The notes: generated by a model from the letters alone, not told the origin. Positions 1-12,670 are shown, numbered from the stretch's first letter. The stretch is DNA of 64,000 nt from Podarcis muralis (GCF_964188315.1 NC_135664.1:48918001-48982000), one strand, 5' to 3'. A program made the numbers and translations.

Positions 1-900
1 ACACAGTACCAGTTCTTAAGAATCCAGGGCAGCAGGTGCCCTTATACCCATTTTACAGATGAGAATCTGAGGGTGAATGAGAGCAATTTGTCTGCTCCTC
101 CTGTTATGGGTGAGGCAGAACTTGAATGCATACCTCCCAGACCAAAGTCTCAATCCATCAGCTCAGTGGCTCTCCCAAAAGCCCAATATAAAATGACAAG
201 ACACATACAACCCACCCCTATGCTGGAACAGGCAGCTAGAACACAGGAACCACCAACTTCCTACTTGACTTTTTAGAGCCAGAGTCTGCCTGGGTGGTTC
301 TGATTCTGCCTGGGCGGTTCTGTCCTGAAAAGACAAAGTTCAAAAGAACCATACGGCAAGCTCAGTAGACCAAAAACATAGATGGACTTAACTCTGGACA
401 AGCACCACCACCCCATTGTATTGCCTCTCACCAGATGAATTTTATCCTTCATCTTATTATTCCAAATGAGTGTTTTCATTACATACTGCAAAACTCAATT
501 ACCCGGAAGGCCATGGAATGACGAGTGAGACAGGAATCCACGTCCACAAGACTTTCCTGGTATATAAGTGGCAGCTGTGCTGGTTAGTTTAAGAAAAGGT
601 CGCTCCATTCCATGATTCTCCTTGACCCAGATCATTGAGCAATGAATATCAGCATCCAATCCCTGCTCCATGCGATGCAAGGACCTGCTATCTGTTCAGG
701 CAAATGAGCTACAGTCTCAAGTCATGTTAGATTTTTACTCCAGGAGTGACAAAATGAGACCCTCCATCAGCCTGTCAGTCATTTTCCTTCCTTGGACAGG
801 AAGCTGGAGGTGTTTTTGAGTTCCTTTGCAGGAAGGACTTCATGGAAGCCAATTTTTTTTTCTTGAGGTTGAAACATTAGCAAGATGGAGGCTGGGGAGC

Positions 901-973
901 TCATTTCTTGCTGGCGATCTTTTTCTTACGAGCAGCGACCAGATCATAGAAGGGGTCTTGTGTGATGCTGGTT
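901..973 (-). CDS. CYTH4: Cytohesin-4 exon 13 (TSITQDPFYDLVAARKKKIASKK*)
   Basis: 73 nt to TGA, C-terminal helix and polybasic tail. Total CDS is 1185 nt. Confidence 0.97.
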
Positions 974-2348
974 CTGGAATAAAAAAGGGGGGGTTGGAAA
1001 TGGGAGATATTCAAGGCTCGGCCACCAGCAAAGTGTTGATCACAGGAACCAGGAGGACATTATTAATTTATTTAGAAAACAATATGTAGCACTTAATATT
1101 TTTTAGAAAGGAGGTGGGGATCCTCTAAGCAGCTTATAAGATATTGCAAATACACAGTTAAAAATCGTGAATACATCATAAAAACCTTTCAGTTAAGAAC
1201 AATGCTATTGGCAGGACAATAAACAGGACAAGGCTCCTAGGCATCTGCTATGGGGAAATAGTCAAATGAGGCCATGAGAAATTCATAAGAAGGTAAGAAG
1301 ATGTCTCATATCGAGTCAGACCACTGGTCCATCTAGCTCAGTATTGTCTACACTGACTGGCAGCAGCTCTCCAGGGCTTCAGGCAGGGAACATTCCCAGC
1401 TCTGCCTGGAGATGCTGGGGATTGAACCTGGAGCCTTCTATGTGTGAAGCTGATGCTCTGCCTATGAGCTATGGCCCAGGCCCTGTCTTCCATGTTCAGA
1501 GTGGGGGGTGATATGCCACTGAATACCAGTTCCTGGGAATGCACAAGATGGAAGGGCAGATTCCTTCATGCCCTGCTTAGGGGCTTCCTAGAGGCATCTG
1601 GTTAGCCACTGTAGGAAGTAGGATGCTGTTCATAGGAGAATCAAAGCCACCTGGTGATCAGCACAAAACTTTAAGGGACAAAGTTGAAGGAAAGGCAGGA
1701 TGTTGTGGCTGATAGAATGGAGCAAAAGGCTCACTCCTTCCCAGAGCTAGCAAAGATATCAGTACTGAAAGTGAGCTACATGGTTTTTAACCAATGTACC
1801 TATGCTGCATTGGCCTTTCAAACCCCAAAAGGTATGGTACCAGGTTAATTCAGTATGTGTCTATGTGTCTACACCTGACTGGTCTTGCCCCTTTTTATAA
1901 CTAAAAACTGGCAGTCTCGTTATTTTGTTTTGGAAAGATCCTGAACCAAACTGTGAATGAGGTGGATCATACATGTGTGTTCCTCGCTTGGTGACTGCAG
2001 CACCGAAAGATGAATCAGCATCATAGATCAAATGGCACAGACGGACCATTTGCATCAGTTCAAAACACTGTGCTTTGCAGTGGAGACAGTCCACACATTC
2101 TGCCATGAATTACTTACGAGCTAACGGGAGATTAGAAATCAATTGAGGCCATGTAGGTGCACAGATCTGTGAGGGTTCGTGGGTGCACCACCCATCAGGA
2201 CCACACTGGGCTCTCGATTGTCACACTGGTGGGAAACTATGGTGTGCCTTATCCCTGAGTATTTCTCCCCTCCAATTTCCCCTCCTGTGCCCACTGTTCT
2301 CATAGCACCACCATGCTGCCACATCACCCTGACAGCCTTCCTTCTCAC

Positions 2349-2503
2349 CGTATTGCGTCAATCCATAGGTCACGCTCCTCCGCCGAGGGTGCAGAGATCT
2401 TGTAAGACTGGTGTTTGCCTTCAACCACCTTCCCGTCTCCGTCCATCTTGCAGGCTTTGATTTTCTGCCCCTTGCTGTTTGTATTAAAGAGCTCAAAGCA
2501 ATT
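2349..2503 (-). CDS. CYTH4: Cytohesin-4 exon 12 ([51 protein letters not shown])
   Basis: 155 nt. [11 protein letters not shown] is the CYTH4 form (CYTH1-3 have EGNH). Confidence 0.97.
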
Positions 2504-3124
2504 CTAAGGACAGAAAATGGAAGGGAATCAAGAGACTGGAAATCAACAAAGCTACAAGATCCAACATGCGGCAAGCCTCTGTTTCTGCTGTGCTTTAGGT
2601 CAAAGCTGCAAAGGCATCCCCCTTCAGATTTTCACATATACAATAATGCTGAAATTCTATGTGATCTCGTGGCAACGACACTGCGCTGTGAAGGACTTGG
2701 GATTTATTTCCTTTTTCTGAGAAGAACTGGCTGCTTGACCTTGGGGAAACACTTCACATTGCATTCCTCAACTGTGTACTTAGACTGAAATTTATCTAGA
2801 GAAGGATGGCTTTGCAACAGAGAATGCCATTTTATTTACTCGTTTTATTGACTTGCGGGATTTGAACTTTGCCAATTCTGGCGTGAGCTGACCCGATCCA
2901 TGTCTCCTGGGCAAATTTGTGGATCGGAACATAGCCATTCATCTGATCTTGCACATCTCCATATCAAAATTTATTTTTTCAAGGCACGTTGGAGAGAAAA
3001 TACATACAGAAATGCATATATTCACATGCATATTCTAATGCATACTGTATGTGGGGCTACCATTGGGTCTGGTTAGGATGCCCTAGCTGGTGCAGAATGA
3101 GGCATCTTGATGGGGCATCTTGTT

Positions 3125-3420
3125 GAAAATGTATGACGCCATTAATAAAGCACCTTCACTGGCTGTGCATCTACTACCAAACCAGGTCAAAGGTCTGTTT
3201 ATTAATTTACAAAGCCAAGAACAACTTAGGTCCATGGTACTTTAGGAACTGCCTGAACCCTTATATTCCAGCTCAATCACTGAGATCATCTGCAGGAGCA
3301 TTGCTAGTTTTTCTCCAAGTCGGTGCAGCTCATTTGACAACAACAAAAAATAGCCTTTAGTGCCATTGGCCCAGTACTGTGAAATACTCTGCCAAGAGAG
3401 ATTCCACCAGGGCTTTCCGC
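3125..3420 (+). mobile_element. L2-type LINE 3' ORF2 remnant
   Basis: Translates as TPLIKHLHWL...RSKVCLLIYKAKNNLGP, resembling the L2 C-terminus. Confidence 0.7.
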
Positions 3421-4052
3421 CTCAACTTTTGAAAGTCTGCAGGCTATTAAGAATATGTCTTTCCACAAGAGTTCGCTGTTTTCTGATTTTAACCTTTTCG
3501 TATGGTTTTCACTGTATGGTTTTATGTACTATTATGTAAACTATTATTGTACTATTATTTTTTCAACAAATAGTGGTATGTAAAAAATTTTTGTATACAT
3601 AATGTATTTTTGAGAGAAAATGCAAACTTTGATTTGGAGTCATCCAAGCCAGTGTGATAAAAACCACGAGTATGAAGCCAGCACAGGCAAGAAATGGAGC
3701 CCATCTCTCATCAGGGATGAGAGGAACTGCAGGGCAACATCTGGAGAGCTACCAAGGCTGGCTTAATGTGTAATGCGCAGCTTTGTCTCTTTTTAATAAA
3801 AAAGAATAGTTACAGGTAGGTGGGGTGTGAAAAACACCCCATTGCATCTTGGGAAATGAAGGTATAAATGTTGTCTTTCCATATGCCTTGATACCAATAC
3901 CCCCTTGCATCCGTAATCTTTCCTTCAAAGAATTTCATTTGTCAAACATTTTGTAACAAAAGAGATACGAATAACTTGAGTACAACAAATCCTCTTTCTG
4001 ACTTCATAGAAGTAAAAGTGGGGATGTAGATGTACGTTGTTACACATTAGAG

Positions 4053-4541
4053 AAGCGGTTCCCAAAGTGTGGTCTGTAGACCATCGGTGGTCCATGAGCT
4101 TCCTTCAGGTGGCCTAGGGAAGTAACTCTGCAAATAGGCACAGCTACAAGAGCAGTGTGTGTTTGTGTGAAGAATTGTGAGTGCAGTGGCTGCTCCGTCA
4201 TTCTTAGAACTCAATGGCTCTCCTGGAAGGTGAGTGGGGCAGACTGGAAGTTGATAGGATGGGGGGAAAGCTCTGCCTTCCTCAGCAGAATGAAGTCATG
4301 GCTGGTGACAAGACAAGGGGAGGTCTCGAGAAAGGGAAAGAAGTATTAAAATATTAATACTGATTTTTAATTCTATGTTTATTGCTTCTTTGAGCTCTTG
4401 TTGTGTTTCATTAAAATTCCATTAAAATACTTCAGCATCTATCATATTACAATTTCTAAGCAACATGTGGGAGAATAATTAAGCCAAGACCCTCGGCAAT
4501 TTTCAAGTGGTCGAGGGCAAGAAAAAGCTTGGGAACCATTG
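4053..4541. mobile_element. hAT-type non-autonomous DNA transposon
   Basis: TIRs (a)agcggttcccaa / ttgggaaccattg, 8-bp TSD cattagag/cattagaa. Confidence 0.7.
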
Positions 4542-7253
4542 CATTAGAACACAGCAACATAGGAAGCTTATATCAAGACAGACCACTGGCCCATCTACTC
4601 AGCTTTGCCCACACTGGTTGAGGGTGGTACTCCAGGTTTTCAGACAGGAATCCCAAGCTCTACTTTGAGATGCACAGAAATGAATCTGGGACCTTCTGCA
4701 TGAAAAGCAGCTGCTCCACCACTAAACTACAGTCCTTTGTGGGGCACTTAGATGGACCCTTATAGCAGTTACTCCTGGGTAGCCCAATCCTGTGCATTTT
4801 TACTTGTGAGTACTATAAGGATTATTACTAAGTCAGTGCACATAATAAGATTACATTCGGCAGCCTTACTGTCAGCTTTCTAATGAAAAGCAACTTGCAG
4901 GCTAGGAATCTCTTTGCGCTCATAGGCAGCTGCCCACTTGAAGGGCATTTTGATTCCTGTATCCTTGGGCAAGGACCACCAACCCGGGCTGCTCTGTGTC
5001 CCAAAGAGATGCCGAAAGTTGGGTGATTTGGCAGCAGCTTTGTAGAACTGCCTGACTGCTTTTGCCTTCTATGGTGTTTTTCCTGATGTGGCACCATGTA
5101 GCTTTTGTAAGATCCTGTCAGAAGAATTCTAACTCCCACCTCCCGTCTCTCAAGTGCACTCCTAGTTAAGCTATCAAGTAATCTGCTGAATGGATGCACT
5201 CCAATCTCAGGGAAAAGCTATTGGCAGAAATCGTCCGTTTTGATCTGGCACCCGTTTCCCCCTCCTCAGTGTAACTTTCAGATGAGATCTCCTTGACGGA
5301 CACCGCTAAGGGGTGGGCTCCCTCAAGATCTTGATTAGCCGAGACACCAGTAACAAAGCGCTGCTACTCAATGTTCTTTTTAAAGACAGGTGTATTGCTC
5401 CCGCTGCTATCCATCTCGGAAGGTACTGACATGCAAAAGTAATTGGAGGGTTTCAGGTGCCTCTTTCAATGTACCATGATGCTCCAAAATGAGCTTTTGA
5501 GAACCCCAAGAGAAGCTCACCTTCCCTCTTGGTGCATTTTCATACATGTTAAGCATTCTACAAAATGCACCTGGTTTTCCCCGGTAATTTGTGGAGGAAA
5601 CAAATGGTGTGTAGAAGCAAGAGGGGCAGATGCTAAAGGAAGGGAATTTTTGCTGGTCAAGTTCTTAAGGATATCCCAGTCCACTTCTCTGAAATTTTCA
5701 CTTTCTTTATTCGAAAAAACCTAATCTGGTTGCGATGGGCCAGAACTCAACTTCCCCTACTGAACAGCAGCCTGAAGGGAGAGAAGGTGGAGTGGTTCCA
5801 CCTGCAGCTAGTCAGCTTTCAAGGACACAGAGGAGAACCACCAGCTTCAGCCTTCTTAAACAGGACTTTGGGCAGCAGTCAGATGCTGGAAACAATGTCT
5901 GTGGTTCCCAGCGCTACCTTGCTGCTTCCATTTGGACCTTTCACTTCATGACCGCTTGCATTCTGTGACCTCTGGATTATCTGACAATTTGGATTGCTGT
6001 TCGCCTGACCCTCAGAATGGGCAGGACTTCGCATGCGGATTTGACTTCGAGGCAAGTGTATCAGTCTCACCTCCTATCTGATTCCACCCATTTCTCCACC
6101 CTGTTGCTTGGCAATGGGAGTTGGAGCGGAGCTATGACACTGGTGCCCTCCAGGTGTTTTGGACTGCAACTTCTATAGTCCCTGATGATTGGTCATGCTG
6201 GCTGGGGCTGATGGGAGCTGTAGTCCAAAATGTATAGAGGGCACCAGGTTGGGGAAGGCTGCCCTAGTCCTTTTTGGAGTGGGTTGGGAGGGAAGAGAAT
6301 TACACCAGTTACTCAGCAAGCAGCAAGTTGTCTCCCACTTTATGGTGTTCTGAATGCCAACGCACATGTATGATTGAAAAGCACATGGTCCTTAATTCAT
6401 TACTTTTTTAAAAAAAAGACCCCCACAAAGTTTTAGAGATGAAAATTATTTACAATGCATGCTGACTCAGGAGTAAATCCCACTGTATTTAATGAGCCTT
6501 ACTCTTGGCTAAGTTGGTACAGGCTTGCTGCATAACATACGTATTGGAAGACTTGGATTTTGGTGTTCCATGGAAATTTACGATGGATCTTTTGATGTAA
6601 GCAAAGGTGGAGGTGGAGGAAAAGAAGAAGAGGGAAGCTAGACTACCAAATCTAATTCTATCCACTTCCTTGCCATTGGGAATTCCAAGAACTATCCTCA
6701 ACAAGGCTGTTGTTTTTGAACTTCAAAAGTATTGGAACTTGGGTGTGGATGAAGGTGAAGCCAGAGCAGAGGCTGGGGGAATCTAGTGCATCACAGGAGA
6801 GTCAGAGGGAACCTGGTTGGTCATGCAGTGAAGCTTGGCGGAACCTGTGTTTTGCTGGCTTTACAGACACCAATTAGTAGTAACATATTTTCACTGGGTC
6901 TTGCTAATGAAGTATCATTATGTGCCCAATATGGTATCATCCACGCACAAGACAGAGAGATCTGCAAACCCAGAGAAACCCCAAAGTCTGTAGAACTACA
7001 AAGTAAATATAGGTGAAAGAATCCTCAGTGGGGGAAAGAAACAGCTCACTAAGGACCGAGCAATGCTCAGTTAGCATGGCAGGTTGACTGACGGTTGAAG
7101 TAGAAAAGCAAATGGAAAATCTGGGAGGGGGGACCACTTGATGTCTGGAGTCCTAAACAAGAGCTATCCACATGAAACACAAAGAGAAGAGTTGGAAATC
7201 TAATATTTGTGGTGTACACGTAGGATGTGTAGGTATGTAAGGTATGTATTATA

Positions 7254-7300
7254 TGTAATGTAATGTAATGTAATGTAATGTAATGTAATGTAATGTAATG
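7254..7300. repeat. (TGTAA)n pentanucleotide microsatellite
   Basis: Perfect tandem array. Confidence 0.95.
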
Positions 7301-7564
7301 TTCTGGATGGTTTTATGTTTACTTTTTGTTATTTGAAGTATAATAAAGGGTTTTTGTTTTTTTAAAAAAAGAGCTATCCACAAGACATTTTATTGTGGAC
7401 TCTGCTTGGACCATCTAGTTTACAACCAAAGAACCAGAAGTAGAGGCCTTGTTGGTCTGGAGTTTCAAGCTACAGCAAATCTACTGAACTGGGGAAGAAA
7501 AAATATTTGCTGTGTCTAAGGAAAGGATGATAACCACTGGTCACAGTTAGTAGCAGTGACTTAC

Positions 7565-7636
7565 TCGTTTCTTCGGGTCCTCTACTTTTCGAACAGATAG
7601 ATTTTCCAGTGGAATAATCCCCAGCGGCTCCTTGTC
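7565..7636 (-). CDS. CYTH4: Cytohesin-4 exon 11 (DKEPLGIIPLENLSVRKVEDPKKR)
   Basis: 72 nt, PH-domain similarity. Confidence 0.97.
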
Positions 7637-7734
7637 CTGAAAAAAATTCAAATCAGAGATGAGTTACCTTCCCAATGTGCAGGCAGTACCTAGGAAGTTA
7701 GTGCTAGCAGCTGCCCGCTGACCCTGGGCTGGAG

Positions 7735-7925
7735 AACAAGGCTGGCATTATGACCGAGGAGACCAGGGTTTGAATCCCTACTCAGCCATGAAGCCCACTG
7801 GGTGACCTTGGGCCAGTCACTCACCATCAGCCTAACCTGCCTCACAAGGTTGTTGTGAGGATTAAATTGGGAGAACCAAGTATACTACCTTGAAGACCAA
7901 GGTGGTATATAATTGTAATAAATAA
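7735..7925 (+). mobile_element. MIR/Squam3-like tRNA-derived SINE
   Basis: B-box-like ggtttgaatccc, core ggtgaccttgggccagtcac, A-rich tail. An opposite-strand copy follows at about 7960-8140; others lie near 20255-20460, 30440-30590 and 39940-40370. Confidence 0.7.
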
Positions 7926-8223
7926 AAGAGCACCCTGTTCTATGTATGTTTTTATCACCATATTTCTATCCCCCTATTCATACAAGAAGTTCAGGTTGTC
8001 ATACATGGTTCCCCCTCTATCTTTTATTTCCTCACAGCAACCCTGTGAGGCAGGTTGGACTGAGAGACAGTGACTGGTCCAGGTTATTTGAACCCTGATC
8101 TCCCAGGTCCCGGACCAGTACTCTAACCCCTGCACCACACTAGAATGTCCCTCACATTCTCTGAGGATACATCTTTCAGATAAAGTTTGTGGGTTTTTTT
8201 AATGGAAGGGACACAACTCTTAC

Positions 8224-8300
8224 CGTGGTGTATTCAAAATAGTACAGGCAGTTATCCGTCAGAATGAACCAACGGCGCTTCCAAGTCTTCACTCTGCCTC
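8224..8300 (-). CDS. CYTH4: Cytohesin-4 exon 10 ([25 protein letters not shown]; diglycine PH)
   Basis: 77 nt. Joining to exon 9 gives LKLGGRVK. Confidence 0.98.
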
Positions 8301-9278
8301 CTAGTGCAAAAGGAATTAAAAACACACACATACATGCTTAAGACTGGATTAATCTTTAAGCTATGTTTGCTATAGCTTGAGTTAGTTTAGAATTATCTTA
8401 GAAGGCTTAGGTTGCACATACACCAAACATTTAAAGCACATTCTCTTCAAAGAATACCGGAAACTAGTATATTCTTCACAGAGCTAGAATTCCAAGCAAA
8501 TTTAACAATTCTTTTTGGCAGTGTGGGCAAGATGCACTTTAAATTTCCTCTAAATGTATGGTGTGCATGCAATCTTAGTGTTCTCTGAGAACACATCAGA
8601 ACAATATAGCAGATTGCAGGCAAATGGCAGAAAAGCAATGACCATATTTCCTAGGGGTGGTAAAACATTGACTGTTCATGGTCACAACGTGCGTGGCTAA
8701 CCTTATTCTAGATCTTTGGCTGTGCACACAACACACATTTAAAGCATACCTCTTCCCTTCCCTCCAAATACCCCTCAGAGAGCTACAATTTTCAGCAAAC
8801 TACAATTCCCAGGATTCTGTATGGGGGGGGGGAGAGAGGAAATGTGTTTTTGATGCACGGCATGTATGCAGCCTTTGTGTTGCTGGAATGGATCCTTGCA
8901 CCCACATCTGTGCTCTGAGCATCTTCCGAAAGGGCCATTTCTCCAGCAACACAGGTACCGTTTCCTTCCTGCCCCAAGAATCCAGGCCAAGAACCAAGCC
9001 GGATAAGGGCAGAGGAGATCATTTATTTCATCCAGGCTCAAGACAGCCTGCGCATTGAAAGAAGGGAATCTCTAGGGAATACAGAGCAGAACTGAACGCC
9101 AGGGGTCACTGTTACCCCACCACAAGACAAGGATGTCTGGCTGGTAGCTTGCTGCAGTCCTGAGCTCATGAGGAAAGGCTCTGCTGGTTTTCCTTCCGAG
9201 AGATTGAGGGGGGTAGGGAGGGCTAACCTGGGGTAGAGGGGCGGCAGCAAGGTTTTCAGCAAAATACAAACATGTTAC

Positions 9279-9390
9279 CTAGTTTAAGGAGCCAGCCTTC
9301 CTGGCTGGGGTTAAAGAAAGTATGGGTGAGGTCGTTCCCATCGTCCTCTGGGATGGAGAATGGTTCGTTCTTGATGCTGTCAAACAAACT
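9279..9390 (-). CDS. CYTH4: Cytohesin-4 exon 9 ([37 protein letters not shown])
   Basis: 112 nt, Sec7-PH linker. Confidence 0.98.
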
Positions 9391-11033
9391 CTGCCTCAGG
9401 AAAAGGAGAAAGAGGAAAATCTTGAAGGGGAATGCCACACATCTCACCACAGGGACACAGGAGGTTGGTGCCTTCTAGGATTGTGTGGTATTAGTAATGG
9501 TGATTCAACGCAGCAGTTGTCCAGCATCGCGGGCAGAGATCGTTCCCACCGCCTGATCCCTCAAACTGAGCACTGAGGAGCCTTTTAGCTGAGCTATGGT
9601 TCCTCCCTCAACCCTTTCCCTTTCCCTTTCCTCCTGCCCACCTGTGTGTTTAATCACTTATTTCCTTTCACAGGGAGATATCCTATGTGGGTCATACTCA
9701 AGAGTAGACCCTCTGAAACCAATGAAGTCTCCTTCTGACTTAGTAAAATACTGGCCAAAGTGTTTCCCTTTTCGTTTTTATATAACAGGAATAGTGCCAT
9801 TTTTCCACACAAAAGTTAATAGGCCATGAATGAAATAAGGAATGAAAGCGTTCATATGCACATAAGCAACGCAGGGACACTAACTGATAAGGTGCGATTA
9901 AGAGAGACCAAGGGGCAATTAAGAGGCTGTTCGCCAGGAATCCTATGCTCAATAGGAATCAAGAGGTGAAACTGCCAGCAGGATGCTTTTAATTAAAGGC
10001 ACAGGAGCCCCAAAGAGCACATGGGACAGGAAGGTACTGCAAATGCGTTTCCAATTTAAAAACGGCCACGAATCAGGTCTGAAATATAAACTGTAGGCCA
10101 ACCTATAATTAATGACTGGCATGGAATGATTAGTTAAACATGCAAAAAGTGAGAGGGCAAAGGATGACACTTTCAGAGAAAAGGACCAGTGTAGAAGCAA
10201 CCCAGATTTCAGCAGTTTCCACAGTATCCAATGCTTCCTACCTCAAACCCATTTCCTCTTCTCATCACTCTTCTCTCCCTTTCAAGCATAATGAACTTGA
10301 TTCTTGGTCTCCAAATAGAATCAAAAACATCCCTTTCATTTCCATAAGCTATTCTATACTCAGCAAGTGGGTTTCCTTTATATGGTTTCTTTCTTTATTT
10401 TCAAAATTGGAGGAACATAAAGTCCCAGTTATGCACATCTGACTCATTCACAAGGGGATTTTCTCATTTCTTGTCCAGTAAAATAGTGACATTGGGACTA
10501 CTGGAACATGCTGTCACACATTATGTAATGTCACTGCGACTTCCTCCAAACTGCCAGCAGCAGGAAATCCAATCTTTTCATATGAAGGGCACTTCAGTGG
10601 TTGCTATATAAAATCAGAGTTGCCCCCTGAGTGGTGTTTCAGAATAATTTTTGATAGGTAGGCTATGTTGAAATTGGAAGAAATTGCAAAATTCCTGAAG
10701 AAATTGTCCAAGGCTGTGTAGCATTAGTGAATAAAGGACACTGTGAGAAGCCTCCCCTGACTGTCTGAGCCACACTTTGACAAAAGCGAATCCTGCTTAG
10801 AATATGGTCTCTCTTGCCCTGTAATCATGCACCTCCAATGTTTCCAATGGTAAGGACATTTTGTGTGTGTGTGTGTGTGTAAGTGTGTAAGAGCAGCATT
10901 TTCTGGTAAACCTCCCAAGTCTTCAGAAGTCAAACATAGATAAAAAAGGACACTAATCTCACTGAAATGTAAGAAAGTTTTAGAGAGCTGGGTGCGTGCA
11001 GGCAGGCAGGCAGGCAGGGGTATGTGGGTGCAT

Positions 11034-11069
<36 letters not shown>

Positions 11070-11183
11070 CCTGCAACAAAATGATGTGGTATATCCTGAC
11101 CCTTAGAAAAAGCACTCCTGTTTAGGACCCAAGCCTTACAGTGCTTTTCTTTTTCTATATTTTTTTATAATTTTCTTTTTCAT

Positions 11184-11459
11184 TTTATAATAATAATGAT
11201 TTATTCTTTTTAGCCCGCCCATCTGGCTGAGTTTCCCCAGCCACTTTGGGCAGCTTCCAATCAAGTGTTAAAAACAATACAGCATTAAATATTAAAAACT
11301 TCCTAAACAGGGCTGCCTTCAGATGTCTTTTAAAGGTAAGATAGCTATTTCCTTCACATTTGAAGGGAGGGCGTTCCACAGGGCGGGTGCCACTACCGAG
11401 AAGGCCCTCTGTCTAGTTCCCTGTAACCTCACTTCTCGCAATGACGGAACCGCCAGAAG
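11184..11459 (-). mobile_element. L2-type LINE 3' end
   Basis: Reverse strand reads FKRHLKAALF and ends in an (ATT)n tail. A similar tail lies on + at 54745-54890. Confidence 0.75.
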
Positions 11460-11760
11460 TAATAATAATAAACAAATGAGAATAAAAATGTGCACCACAC
11501 CCCCAATACCATTCCACTTTTACTATCCAACCTCCCAAAAATTCAACAGCTCTCGCGATGGTTTGACCCCTTTCCATTTTACAGTACAAATTATACAAAC
11601 ACCTTCCTCAAAATCATTTCTCCCGCATATTCGGCATCTTACCTTAATAGCACATGTTAATTTATCATTAATAGCTATACCCCGCACCTCTTTATACCAT
11701 TCTTCCATTTTATATTCACCTTGCCCCTTCCTAGTGCTTATAGTGTTTTTCAAGCCTCCT
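11460..11760 (-). mobile_element. L1-type LINE 3' fragment
   Basis: Translates as EEWYKEVRGIAINDKLTC, resembling an ORF2 C-terminus, with an A-rich tail. Confidence 0.65.
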
Positions 11761-11875
11761 TGAGGGGAGAGAAGTTTTAGGAGGGAGCAACATGTTTTCC
11801 TGTCCTCCCCCCCCCCAAAAAAACCCTTTATCTGTTGTGCTGTCCAGCACTATAGAGCTTAGATTTGGGGCTGGC

Positions 11876-12670
11876 AGCTAGCCCTGACTCTTTTTTAAAA
11901 AAAATGGGTTTTATAAACAAGAATAATGTTATACAAAGCCACTCCCGACATAAGGAGGGGGGGTTGCGGGCTCACGCCCCATCTACAGCCTCGCGGGGCT
12001 AGCTCGGCCCCGCGGGACTTGGGAATCCCGGGGATTAGCTTTTACCCCGCTAGCCAATCAGCTGGCGTCAGGGGCAGGGTTTAGGTCAGGTCATTTAAGG
12101 TCGGGGCAGCCCGTGCTCGCCCCTTTCTTTCCTTCAGCCAGCTGCAGTTATACAAACTGAATAATGTTATACAAACAAGTATACCAAGTTTTCTCATGTC
12201 ATTTGTACATCACAAAGATAGCATAATAAATGTGGGGGGTGGGAATCTACAACATATGTTTCATTATTAGTGCTCAATGTACATGAGATTAACCCCACCC
12301 AATGGACTAGAATGTGGTCTAAATCTCCCTTTAAATCCCTATCAATGAAAAGGAAAGAACTCACTATGAAACTCACTTACAGATGGTACCTAACACCACG
12401 GAAATACGCCCAGGAACCTCACCAAAATGCTGGAGAGGATGCACCTCCACAGGCACATCCTTCCACATGTGGCGGGAATGCCCCCAAAACCAACTCTTCT
12501 GGACAGCAATCATACAAGAAATATGCAAAATAACTAAACAAGTATTAGAAGTCACCCCAGAACTGGCCCTACTCAACATCTTCCAAGATAATAACACCTA
12601 TTCACACCATAAAGAGCTCATAACCCACCTACTCTCAGCAGCCAGAAACATCATAGCTAGCCCTGACTCT
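11876..12670 (-). mobile_element. 5'-inverted (twin-primed) L1 insertion with 16-bp TSD
   Basis: TSD agctagccctgactct at 11876-11891 and 12655-12670. 3'UTR and poly-A on minus; ORF2 CCHC region (KCWRGC...HMWREC) on plus. Confidence 0.8.

Noticed and set aside
1-900. Short ORFs downstream of the CYTH4 stop, and a CYTH4 poly-A signal
   Set aside because: Probably CYTH4 3'UTR. No protein similarity, and no canonical AATAAA was found on the minus strand within the window.
8301-9278. Search for the 3-nt triglycine microexon known in CYTH1-3; a tag|AATAAG|gttagc 6-mer near 8700
   Set aside because: No AG-NNN-GT with a pyrimidine tract was seen. The 6-mer has a poor acceptor and would insert a stop.
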